The notes under the pieces were generated by a model. The model was given only the letters and a program-made list of their open reading frames with translations. It did no database searches and was not told the origin of the DNA. This document shows, piece by piece, positions 1-13,400 of a stretch of DNA of 64,000 nucleotides; the first letter of the stretch is position 1; the number at the start of each line of letters is the position of its first letter. The position numbers were made by a program, and so were the translations under genes. Source of the stretch: Lytechinus pictus. Taxonomy: Eukaryota. The stretch lies in assembly GCF_037042905.1 (NCBI RefSeq), contig NC_087252.1:23934001-23998000 (forward strand), given 5' to 3'.

Positions 1-668
1 TCTGATTACTCTAAAGTGTCAAAAAGGGTCTTCTGCAAAATAGAGATTAAAGGTGCACCTACTCCTAATAAAATGAAATAATGAAATGCTCAACAAACTA
101 TTCATTTCATTGTAAAGCATTGTCCATATTGATCAGATTTCAAAATGTACTCATATGTTTTTCTTTCGAAGAAGTACTTCACAAGGCTTACTGAGCATAG
201 CGTAGTCAAAAAGATTTCCTTCCATCATATATGTATAACCATATTAGTTGAGTTGATTGGGTTAACAGCTTGTATTCAAATTCATTTTCATAAGAAGAGG
301 TACTTAGAGTTTTACCAGATGCCACATATAAAAACTGTTTTCATTTGCTCACTACTTGTACAATATTAGCTGAGTTTATAAGCTTTCAATTAGTATTCAC
401 AATCATTTCATCTGAAAAGGCATTTAAAAAACTTATCAGATAGACAACAAGTTTCATTTGCTCACTATTTGCACAATTATATTAGTCATATTGATCAACT
501 TGCATCTAAATTTAATTCAATCAGGGCCGCTATCACAAAGCCTTGTAATTGATTGTACAGTTTATTAATACGATTAATTGCACATAATGATCAGTGCCAA
601 CAAGTGAAAATTCAGCCCTACAATCAAGCACTAAGATCCAGGTTACAGGGTCCCAAAGAGGTACTTAA

Positions 669-1248
669 AGGGATCGTCCGGGCTGAAAATATGTATAGCT
701 TAATAAATAGAGTAGAATTCACTGAGCAAAACGCCGAAAATTTCATCAAAATCGGATAACAAATTACAAAGTTATTGAATTTTAAAGTTTAGCAATATTT
801 TGTTAAAAGAGTCGTCATGAATATTCATTAGGTGGACTGATGATGTCACATCTCCACTTGTTCTTTTGTATTTTATTATATGAAATTAGGTTAATTCAAA
901 TTTTTTCCTCCAAGAACTAGAAAAATTGGAGTGACAACTGAATAGTGCTTTAGATATTTATTGCTGCAACTTATTTCATTATAAGGGAAACATATTATTC
1001 ACATGTATGAAATAATGAAAAAATAATGATTTTATGTAATAACATAAGAAAACGGAAAGTGGAGATGTGACATCATCAGCGCACATAATGAATATTCATG
1101 ACGACTGTTTTCACGAAATATTGCTTAACTTTAAACCTCAATAACTTTATAATTTGTTATCCGATTTTGATGAAATTTTCTGCATTTTGCTCAGTGAATT
1201 CTACTCTATGTATTGAGATATAAATATTTTTTTGCCCGGACCATCCCT
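669..1248. mobile_element. Foldback MITE with TTAA target duplication (Kolobok-like)
   Basis: ttaa|agggatcgtccggg ... cccggaccatccct|ttaa; arms are inverted copies over ~200 bp. Confidence 0.8.
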
Positions 1249-1261
1249 TTAAAATGCTTAC

Positions 1262-1402
1262 CAGCCATAACATTGATAGCTCGACCTCCAGGTCCTAACC
1301 AGGTAGGATTGAAGTAACCCAGTTGGTCTGATATCTCACAGACGAAGGTAGTATTCTGACCGACGACCAGGGTGTTGGTTGGCGGTGGTATGATCCTGAT
1401 AT
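1262..1402 (-). CDS. Exon 59: Ig N-half (partner exon outside window)
   Basis: 141 nt, [47 protein letters not shown]. Confidence 0.88.
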
Positions 1403-4400
1403 CTGATTGAAAGAGAATTTATATATGTATAATGTAAATCTCAACAATCCAGTTTTGAAAATGAAGAAAAAATTTGCACAGGCCGAGATTGCAATATATC
1501 TATTTAATATAGAATAAAGCATGTTGTTTATCAATTTCACTTATACTAACAAATTTGGCAGTGATTCAAAGGATAGTTTTGATCACAATTGATCAATCAG
1601 AGTTTTTATAAAGTTTAGTTTATGACATTATCATTAAAATGCCCTAGATTTCAGATCTAGTTCAAACTACAAAATGATATCATAATTTACAGCACATTTT
1701 CTTTTAAATGTACAAACACACTAACCGGTGACTACTTAATTCTGTTTTCCAATAGACTTTGAACAAGAATCATCCAGTTTCCGTAGGCAATGGGTTAATG
1801 TTAATAGGGGGAAATGGACACTGTATGACAATGGGATTTTTGCCTGACAGTACAGATATTAGAGAACGTACCAGCATTTCTGCAGTCAATTCCAGAAAAC
1901 CCTGGTGGACATTGACAGATACCATTCCTACAGGTCCCTCCATTCTGACAAGGTAATATACATTCTTGACCTGCAAGGTAAAACATGATGATGATGATGA
2001 TTGTAATAATAGTAATGAGGAGGAGAAAAGGGAGGAGCAGAACAGGATGAGGAAGAGGAGAGAAGGACAAGAGAAAAAAAAGAAGGGAAAATAATTTTTT
2101 AAAAGAGAAGAGGGAGAAAAGGAAGAAGAACAAGAAGAGGAAAGATACTCCACTTTTTACTAGAACTCAAGTCCGTGCAAATAATATTTCAAAAATAGCT
2201 TTATAAATATATGTATACCATCCCTGTTTAAATCCCCTACAAGTGGGGCACAAGGCTCATTGCCACAGTTATTTAATGAACTACAGTGTATTTCCACCCC
2301 TAGCGTTTGTATGTATTATTAATTCTTCCTTCTTTTCTGAGTTACATGCTATCTGTATTATGTTCATTTGCCAATTATAAATATAGCAATAATGTTCAAT
2401 GATAATATTGAGAATAATCATAACCATAATAATCATAATAATCATAATAATAATAGTAATAATTATAATAATATTGCCAATAATTATGATAATAATAATA
2501 AAAGCAATAATTTTCATAGAAAATAAAAATAATAACATTAATAATATTAACAATAATAATAGTATGAATGAATAACGATGAAGGGATATACAAGTACCTA
2601 TTCTCTCACAGGCCTGTCCGGAGAATCCTCGGTGGCAGACACATCTTCCATCACTACAGGTTCCTCCATTCTGACAGGGTGGGTTACATGGGATCACTCG
2701 AGCTGAAACAAATAATTGCAGTTTGTGAAACCTTTTGAATACAGAATTTTGTAATTATCATAGGCTTTGTACAGGGATAACCTGGGGAGTGTTTCATAAA
2801 AATTTTGTCAGAGAAAATCATAATGAAAAGTGGGAGTTTTTTTACTGAGAGATGTTACATGCTACTGTAAATATTTTCAAACGAATGACTAGAGCAAGTT
2901 AGAAAATGAAAATCACTGACAAATCTTTTCATGAAACAATCAATTAGAATAAGATATTCATTATATTTGACTTTGAAGGAAAATGAGATCCGTGTAAAAG
3001 GGATTAATCTATTTTTTTTTACTTACCATTGATATGGATATTGAGTGTTGATGTAACTGTTCCAAGGACGCAAGCATAGCTACCAGCATCGGCTGCAGAG
3101 ATGTCATTGATAACCAGCGTTGTTGCAGACGGCGATATCATCTCAACATAAACACGATCTGACCCTCCTGCAAAATAAATTGTATATGATTCATCTCACT
3201 TTTCCTAGCTTGGCATTATATAGGGTCCTGGGATTTACCAATTCTTTGTCTAATTCTCTTGAAAGCAATTGAATCTAGAAGTATTTCTGCAATTCTCTTC
3301 TAAACATTCTACTAAAACTCTGCACTTCTCTACTGAAAATCATCATACATTTTTAAATTCTTTCCAGAAATTCTTATACATCTTTGAAATTATAACACAT
3401 TTTTGTCATTCTCCTCTAAAAAATATCAGCTAAAATGATCATATCTCATATTAAATTCTGTTCCAAAGTATGTTTAATATATATATAAAACAATATTATA
3501 TTCTGCGTGTTGGATACAGATGAGACTACAGAGAAAAAGGGGTAATGCATTCAGTTCCAACAAAAAGTTTATGTCTAAGTATTATCCAAATTTTCAAAAT
3601 AAATCTCGCGCCTTCGTCAGGGATACCTCTTTGTCTCATATATATAAATCTGAAGTTCTCTTCCATAGATTCACATATGCAATTTTCTCAATTATCTTCT
3701 AAAAATTCCCATGAATACCATAGGAAATCCTTTACCTTGTTGGTGAGTGATCCTCTGCCCTCGAGGATCCCTCCATACAGGGTTCTGAAGGAGACCTGGA
3801 GCAGAAGACTGGCAGGAGAACCGCAGATTGGCTCCCTGTATTGGTGGGGTGCTACCTACCTGACGAATGCTGAGAGAGAAACCACCTTCAACAGAAAAAG
3901 GTTTGGAAGAAACAGGATTCAGTAATACTGATATCAAAAATATTAATGAAAACAATAATTGAAATAATAATCATAATAATAATTACAACAATAATAATAA
4001 TAGATTAATGTATAAAGTGCAGTTATAATATGCATATATTGTACTGCGCTTAGTACTTTGTTTCACATCATTACTCCGGCTGTAGCTTAGTCGCCATGCT
4101 GGCAATAAGGTTTTCAAGGAATCTGACTGATTGATTGTGATTGGCTGCTGCGCTTCAGTACCATGCCTCATGCCATAAGAACAAGTTACCATAATTACTT
4201 GTTTATGAAACAGGTCCCTTGGCCTGTCTTTCAAGAAGTTGTGATTAACCTGATTAATCACAACTATGGAAAGCCAGTCATGCCAAAATCTAGAATTCTG
4301 TGTACCCATTCAAATCAAATATGATATATACCCGGTTGTTGTATGTCAAGACGGGTCGGTCCAGACAAGATGGTATTTCAGGAACTTGCTATCAATATTC

Positions 4401-7400
4401 AATAAACGATTGACAGTAATATCAGACAATATTACGAAGAACAAATGTTCAAAATTATTTTTGCTATTAAATGCATTAATTTTGTGCTGCACTCAACCCA
4501 GGTGAGGTGAATGGGTACCTAGCAGGAATTTATTCCTTGAAATGCGTGTGCGATGTAATCTTAGTAATTACGGCTGCCAAGCTACAGCTGGGGTAATAAT
4601 ATCCAAGTCCTTTGGAAGCGCATAGAGACATTATTCATAATTGTGATATGCGCTAATACAAGAACTGTTTATTATTATTTATTATTATTTTGAGAAAAAC
4701 TAGAGCAAAAGATAGTGTTCAGTGCCTGAACAATGGACCCCATCCTATACTCATGAATGCATCATTGTATTGACCAATCATTTGGGCACCTCTTCCTTTC
4801 TAAAAGTACAGAGGTATATTTCTTATAAAAAAGAACTATGAAAAAATAAGAAATGTGACAAAATACAGAGAATGAAACAATGGAACAAAATCAACAAAAA
4901 AGGTGTGATTCTATAAAATATTTACCTGGACTTTGGCAGAATTCTCCAATATAACCAGGAGGACAGATACACCGTCCATTGCTACAGGATCCTCCATTTA
5001 TGCAGGGTGGGTTACATCTTGGAGCTGTGATAATTAGGAGAAATATAAAGTGAATTGTATTTTAAAACCGAGGGTATGGAATAAGCACCCTCCTCTTATA
5101 AAATAGTCACAAACATTGGATCAATTATAAAAGACTTGAAGATCTACCTCTTGTAAATAGTTTCATCATGTATGCACTGGACAATACTTGTATATATTTT
5201 ATCTCCAAGGCTGGCCAGGGACGGAATCTCAAAGCACTTTGAAATATCATCTACATGTATTACACTAATAAGTGGGACTTCAAACTTTTTTCCACTTTAC
5301 TACTTCATAAAATAATGACATTTTACTTATCATCTATTACCTGTTACCAGTTCATATTTCTATCATGTAACTAATGCTTACACATTTCTGAGAGTGCACA
5401 CCTATCAAATGATTATTAAGATTTTTAATCATTATTATGATGCGATTATTGAGAACTTGACAAAACAGACCCACAATGCACAGGTGTACATAGGAAATAA
5501 TTTGAATTGTGTAACCTTGCATGAGGACAATATACCCTGACCCCTGCATCCCCCACCCCACACACAAATACAAAGGGAAAGCTAAAGAGACACAAAAGGG
5601 AATAGTCGCACGAATAGTAGTTTAATTGAAAAACAGCCAGAAAATTTTTCTACTTAGATAACTCTCTAGAGATTAGTACATGAAACAGCTACAAAACATT
5701 TAGAAAATGGCAAATTTAGTACATTTTGCACAACTTGAAAGACTGAGAGACAGAAAGAGCTGGAGGGAGGGGGAGGTCAGAAAAATAAAATGAGAAGAGC
5801 AGCACACTCCTGTAACCATGAGTGTAAACCTCTTGGTTTACTGTGGGAGAAAGAGCTGGGGTAAAAGAAAAGGAAATTTGAAAAAAGCACCTAAATTACC
5901 TGTCACCATGAGTGTAAACCTTGCCATGACCGGTCCAACCATGCAGATATACTGTCCTTTATCGGCAGAGCTAAGCCCGTTAATGTACAACCTGGTGGCA
6001 GATGGTGTTTCATAGACTTCCTGGACCCTGAGGTTGTTCCGTTCCGCTGTGGCTCCTGGGACAAGCTGTCCAGAGGGACCCTTCCACATCGGATTCTGGT
6101 AGATGCTGGTGCCCAGGATCTCACAGAGGATCTCAAGGTCCTGTCCGATCTGAGAGACACCTTGACGGTTGGGTGTGATCTTGATTCGGACATCTTGAGG
6201 ATCTAGGTATGGTGGAGAAAATGTGAAAATGAAGTAAGAAAAGAAGATGACGAATCAATGGAGTAATGGAAGGAAGGTTTAGAAACTTGAAAATATGGGA
6301 GGTCCAAATTAATTTAGTCTTAATACAATTAACATTAAAGATGAAATCACACACTTCCGTTATCTTAATTCTATATTTGCAAAGCAGTTTGCTTCAGCAA
6401 CATCGCATTACAGTACCAATTACATGCACCACTACATATTATATGATTCAAATTCTACAACTTGGATAGGAAGGAGTTAGGAACAAACACAAACCTTCAT
6501 GATTGTTCACATAGCAAATTTGTTGTATTGATTGCACATAACAATTTTCAGAACTGAAGAGGCTATCCTGAGTGAATATGCTCTTATGATTATGATTACT
6601 ATCATCATCATTATTACTATTATTATTATTATAATGATCCATGAAATCACCACACAAAATTCAGCCCTACAATCATTCACTAAGGCTTGTGACAAAGAGC
6701 GTCCCATGGATTACATATTATGGATGAACTGATCTTACCCCTGGTTTCACAAGCAATACCACTGTACCCATTTGGACAGGTGCAAGATCCTCTGACGCAA
6801 GAGCCTCCATTCTGGCAAGGTAATGGACATCGGGGTTCTGGGGATAGGAAGACATTCAAAGGAGAAATTTTACTATGCTTGAAATGTAATTCTTACAGGA
6901 TTTCCTCCGTTTTGAAGCATTGGCCTCGCCTCTGAGACAAACATTTTTTTTTTGTATGGATGATTAGATGAACGCATGGATAGATTGATGGAGGGACGGA
7001 TGATGGATGATGGACAGACATAAGATGACTCAATATACATGTATATTTCATTACATCACTGAAACGGTTCTTCTGATTGATGTGATAACATATGAAAACC
7101 TTTTTTTTTTATAATTCAATTTACTGATGCAACATTATAACCCTTCATCAGCAATTATGCCTTATAGGATGAAGGTCTGGTAAAAACTTCCAGCCTTGTA
7201 AGTAAAAGCATATCAAAACAGGTACAATATCATTATGGTGCAAAGTGAATATCTTCTTAGCTAAATGAATTACTTGACAGGAACATTGTCAAAACTTGCC
7301 TTCGACAACAATTGAGAATGTGGCAATGACTGGTCCAACAGTACATGTGAAAGTTCCCTGGTCGGCCGGCTGTAGGTTTGAGATCACAAGCTGATTGGCC

Positions 7401-10400
7401 AAAGTTGAGGTTGCGATGCTGAACACTCGCAAGTTGGCGTCTGTAATGTGAAATAAAAATTGTAAGATGTTGATGAAACATCATGATCATAGAAAAGAGA
7501 ATGGTTATACTGACAGAAAATGTAGTAAGTAAGCATACGACTATGAATGTAAATTCAGAGGAGGAAAATGTAATTTGGAGCAGACAAAAGTAGATCAGAA
7601 TTGGAGAGCATAAACTAAGAAGTATTAATTAAAAATATGATTCAAGATAAAGGATTGGGGTTTTTTAAATAACAGAATGGAAAATGGAATATGAGAAAGT
7701 AAATGGAGCTGGAAAGGGATCAGACACAAGACCAAGGAGATAGACAAGAAGAGGAATATAGAACATAATTAAGAACAAGAAAAAACAATGACAATGGCTG
7801 ATGAATAATTTTAACAGGTAAACTAGGGCTCTGTTGCATAAATCATTTTTATAAGATGGTGAAACGAGTCCTAATCAAATTGTTGCATCCATCCTTGCAC
7901 ATGACCAGTTTTTTGTTCTGCCTAACAGTAAAAGTTACTCTTCAGCAGCCAATAGGAGCCTTCAGCAGTTCAAAAGTCACCAGTCAATAGTAGGATTCCT
8001 TGAGAGATACCACAAGATAGCAAAGCTACCACGAAGGTCACTTTCAGGCAAAAGGCTCTGAAAGGTGCAATCCACCAATTGAAAGCAATCAGAGCACTTC
8101 CTGTCACAACATACAACAAAAGCATACAAACCAGGCATGGTGGCTCAGTGGCAGAGCGCACCGCTCATGAACAGGAGGTCTTGGGTTCGATCCTCGGCCA
8201 ATAAAATGGGACCTTCTATCTAATTGTCAGGCACTCGACGTATGACATTGGAGAATAATAATAACATAATATGTTGAGCAGGGCCCGCTGGTAGAGCAGT
8301 TTTATGACTGAAGTGGCTACCCTGGATAAATAAAAAGTGATTATTATTACAAGTATTCTGGTGATGTTTACCTGTGCTGATTGGCTGGTTATCAGGTCCA
8401 GTCCATCTAGGTTGAAGGTACGTCGGTCTAGCGCCCTCTATCTCACATGACATCCTGATGTTTCCACCAATTCTAGTGTTGGCCTGACCGACAGGTCGGA
8501 TTTGAATGGTGTATGCTGCGAAAGGTGAAATGCATTGGCAATGAATTTTTTTTTTTTATCCATGCTTGATAGTTTTCTTGTAAAGCATTTTGTGTACAAC
8601 CATTCGTCCATCCATCCTGCCATCCATCCATCCATCAATACATCCATCCATCCAACTTTCCATCCATCCATCCTTCCATCCAACTATCCGTCCATCCATC
8701 CATCCAACTTTCCATCCATCCATCCATCCATCCTTCCATCCAACTATCCGTCCATCCATCCATCAATACATCCATCCATCTATTCATTCTCTCATTCATT
8801 CAGTCATCCATCCATCTATCAATCCTTCTACCTATACATCCTTTCATTTATTCACTTACATGGTTTATCAAATAGTACTCCAGTGAAACCATTAGGACAT
8901 ACACAGGTCCCACCTGAGCAACTCCCTCTATCCATCAATCAATCAATACATGTGCATCCATCCATTTATTCATTCTCTCATTCATTTAGTCATCTACCCA
9001 CCTATCAAACATTCTATCTATCCATTCATTCATTTATTCACTTACATGGTTTATGACATAGTACTCCAGTGAAACCAATAGGACATACACAGGTCCCACC
9101 TGAACAAGTGCCTTCATTTATCCATCCATCAACCCTCCCATCCATCGATCCTTCAATCATCCATCCATCCATCCATCTATTCATCCATTCATTTACTTAC
9201 CTGGTCTATCACACAATACTCCTGTGAATCCATTAGGACAAACACAAGTTCCCCCTGAGCAAGTTCCACCATTCTGACATGGGCCAGGACAATCTGGGAC
9301 TAGAAATACAAAATATTAAAGGTATTGTTTAACTTTGTGAGCAGCCGATTTAAAAAATTCTCAAACCAAGATGAAACATGTGTACAAGTGCATGTATTAG
9401 AACTAATAAACCCTGAAAACAACCATTATTGAGAATGAAAAGCTAAAACTACAAGGCAAACCCCGATTTTGTAAATAGGCGTCTTATAGACGCCTAAATA
9501 GTACACATAAGTGTATGAGATGAAATTAAGATGGTGTTTTTGGTCACTTTGTATTTCAATTTTTGAAGCACTACATAATTATTTTCGAACGCAATTTTTT
9601 CTGGGCTTCATTTTTGTAACATATCACAGACACAGGTGACAAGTGCGACCTTCTAGCTCAGATTTTTTTAAAGTCAAACCAATGTTAACCAATCACTTTA
9701 AAGGGAATTTTAAAAATAAATTAATCCCTCCAATCCTTGATATGATAGCTGGAACAAAAAAAAACAAAAGAATTGTATTGTACAAGTACATGTACTACAT
9801 CAGGTGTCATTTAACTTTTTGCATTCTGAATTAATTATTTGGGGATAATAACAATTGTTTCCATGTTATTTTCTTTAATTCAAGATTTCCATATTGCACC
9901 ATTGATACTTATCATCAATGTTATCCAAGAACTATTGGCTTTTAGTACCTTCTCTAATTTGAAGGTTTGGGAGGAAATTAATTATGACTGTCAAATTTAA
10001 TTGTACGAATGTGCATGATTGTACAATCGACGCGCTAAGGGTTAATTGCAGAATCCATTTTGATGTATTTAAATGTAACCTGAAGATCATCAATAACTAT
10101 GAACTTACTTTCAACCGAGATGACAACGGAGTTGGTGAGCGTTCCAATGTAGCAGGTATATATTCCATTATCATTAGGTGTGAGGTCTTGAATGACCAGA
10201 CGTGACTCGTGATCAGACAGATACTGGACATTCAAGTGATCAGATCCACCTAAGAAATAACAGCAATAACAATAATTATTACTATCATAATTATTTGCTG
10301 GACATCAACAATGATTGTAAAATAAATCTGCGACCGTAAATCCATCCTCCAGACATAACTGATGGTGCGTTAGGGTTTTTTAATCCATATGAACAATACT

Positions 10401-13400
10401 ATTACAGACATCAATGTTCAGGATTTTTATCATTATTATTTGCTGGACATCACCAAAGCCCTGGAGGCAAAAAACATTACTGAGGGTCTTTCCTCCAGAT
10501 AAAACTGATTGAGGGTTTTAAGATGTAGTAATCAGCATAAATTAAGCACAACAAACATCAAGTTTGGGTTAGTCAATGTCAGTTAAGTCCTCTGTGAGGT
10601 ACCATGATCATCACTATCAGTTTCATGACATTAATACAAGACAGAATCATTTTTTGAGAACCATTCCCTGAGGATACCACTAGAAAAAAAAAGCTTTCAA
10701 ACTTTCATGAGTTATCCTGTTCAATTCAATTACATTTATTCAAGTCCATAAAGGAAATTTGGTTCGGGATTTCCATACATACATTTCATGACAACATCTA
10801 AAAAATACATGAATGAAAGATAAACAAAAGTATAAACGGCAATTATAAAGAAATAGTGCACCATTACAAAAAAATATACATGATATGAAGAAAGAAAACT
10901 CCTACAAGGCACCATCTCCTCCCCTGCGCTTACCCAACAAGACGGTGAAAAAATGTGTCAGTGTGAAGAGAAAGAAAGAGAGGCAAGAAGAGCAGGCAGG
11001 GAGAGGAGAGAACAGAGAGGGGAGAATATCCCGGAGAGAAATGGAGGCAGCGGGAGGGGGGGCAAGACATAGCACAACCTTTATTGCATACTGCATTGAG
11101 ATAATTAGATATTGCATTCATTTCAAGTACCATACATGACTTCCAAGCATTGATCCCAAGATACAATACAAAGCATAAATAAGGTATGACCAAGGACCTA
11201 TTTTACAGGGCTCTCTCGAAAAGCAGTTTTTATGTACTGAAGAGACCACCCTGTCTAAAGAAAACAGAAATAAATAAATAAATAATAAATATTTTAGTAG
11301 TAGTATAAATAAAATTAAAGCCTACTGATTTCATTGTTTGTTGTATAAAATCCATTATGCTTTGGTGACTTGGCAAGTAATATCAATCAATCAATTTACC
11401 TTGTCCAATGGGTAAGACAGCCACACCTCCTGGGGACGTCCAGGCAGGACGAGGATAGTTGCTGGTGGTGGCGATCTGGCATACATAGCTGATATCGTTT
11501 CCAACAATGGGTTGCTGGTCTAGTGGTGGGGACACTGTGATGACATAATCTGGCCCGACTGCAAAGAAAGGAATATGGGTCAAGGGGCACCCATTTCATT
11601 AAAAACTTGCCACTATTTTCAATTTTGTCATTAATGTAACTCCATGGATACCTTGAATGTGATTGACTGCTGACTCCTGTCACCATGATGGTTAACATTA
11701 GGGCAAATTTATAACTAATGTTTAACCCTCCATGAAATGGGCCCCCAATTACTAACTGAGGATAAGTAATGGTAGACTAATATACAGTTTCAGCAACAAT
11801 TATTTTATTTAAAATTCTATACAATCAAATCATGAGTATTGACAAGCACATGGATGGTCATTGGATTATGTTCCCAACTTATTCTTAATTTATCATCACA
11901 ACTAACCTAAGCCAATGATTGATTGATAGTGATGAATTAACAAATTATGGTGTGTGAAGGTAATGACAGGCAGAGGAAGCTAAAGGGCATGTCACGACAT
12001 AAAGGTGGTTAACATGATTTCATATTCTCTAAATTCTATTTCAATATCCTTTATAAACATCATTTGATATTTCTCTCACATCATAAAATAACATATGCTT
12101 ACTCACCCCTTCGTTCACAATGTGGTCCATTGAAGTTTTCTGGGCAGATACATTGGTTAGATACACAACTTCCTCCGTTGTGGCAGATCACAGAACAATC
12201 CACTGTACAAACAAAAAGGCAAAATATACAGGGGATGATAATTGTGTGAATGCCGTGAATTTCTTGGAACGTGATGCCATCGATCATGGGAAGATGGTTC
12301 GCTATTTCTGTGATAGATATGGCTTCAATGGAGTTGTCTAACAGTGGCTTATCTCATATTTGAAGGACCGTACTCAAGTTTCTATTATTAACAGAGTTGA
12401 GTCTGATGCTTTTCCACTAGACTGGGGAGTCCCACAGGGATGCGTAATGGGACCGCTAGCGCTTAGAATTAATGCGTATTAAGCGCTTACGTTGTTTACT
12501 GTTATCATTTTTTTTATTATTGGTAAATGTTCATGTGAATGTGTACGCAAGTAAATGCTTTAAGGCCGTTGCACACCTACGACTGGTCCACAATCCAATT
12601 TGGAGCAAATTGTGTTTGACTCACTTTCTGGAAACGTGAATGAAAAATTTCTTTTTATTCCAGGTTCAAATTAAGTGAAAGATAACTAATATAACAATGT
12701 TGAATGATTGCAACTCCTTAATTTGGAGTAAGGCCAAATTAGTTTTAAATCGTAGCCAATCATACGACTGCTATGACGTCATTACCACTAGATATTAAAT
12801 TCACTTTTATTCTAATACGAATGATAACATAGTCACAGATGTGAACATATGTACATGTATTTGTACAATTATTTGAACATTACACAGTAAAATATACCGT
12901 CTCAATATTAGCATCAAATTCTACTACGTGTTATTCCAAAACTGATTTGCAGAACGTTTGATTCACAAAGACTCCCTGGGTTTAATGTGCTATGGGTCAC
13001 ATTGAATGGACAAACCTTGTGCAGCTACGGTGATGGTGAAATAGCTGATCAGAGGTCCTAGAGTACATGTGTAGATGCCTGCATCTCTGGACTGGAGATT
13101 GTTCAGTACCAGCGTGGTTGCCGTTCCGGATGAGTACTGCACTCCGACGCGCTGGTTAGGAGCTACATCGCAAGGAAAAAAACAAAATTTGTTGACAATT
13201 TTGGCATAGTTATCATTGTTTTTGTTTGTATCATTGCCATCATCACTATAAATTTTCATAACCTCCCCCCCTCATTGTTGGTACAATAATCATTGTTTTT
13301 GTTGTTGATGTTGTCATCATCACTATGAATTTTCATAACCTCCTCCCCCCCCCCCCCCTCCAGTATACGGAGCAGAACCTCTTGAAAATGTTCTCTGGCA

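Noticed and set aside
3692..3955. ORF with signal-peptide-like start ([12 protein letters not shown]) as a gene start
   Set aside because: The hydrophobic part is T-rich intron upstream of a phase-1 acceptor, the start is not ATG, and upstream exons continue in frame.
8535..9056. 173-aa HPSI-repeat ORF and similar ORFs at 2281, 37905, 50647
   Set aside because: Translations of microsatellites.
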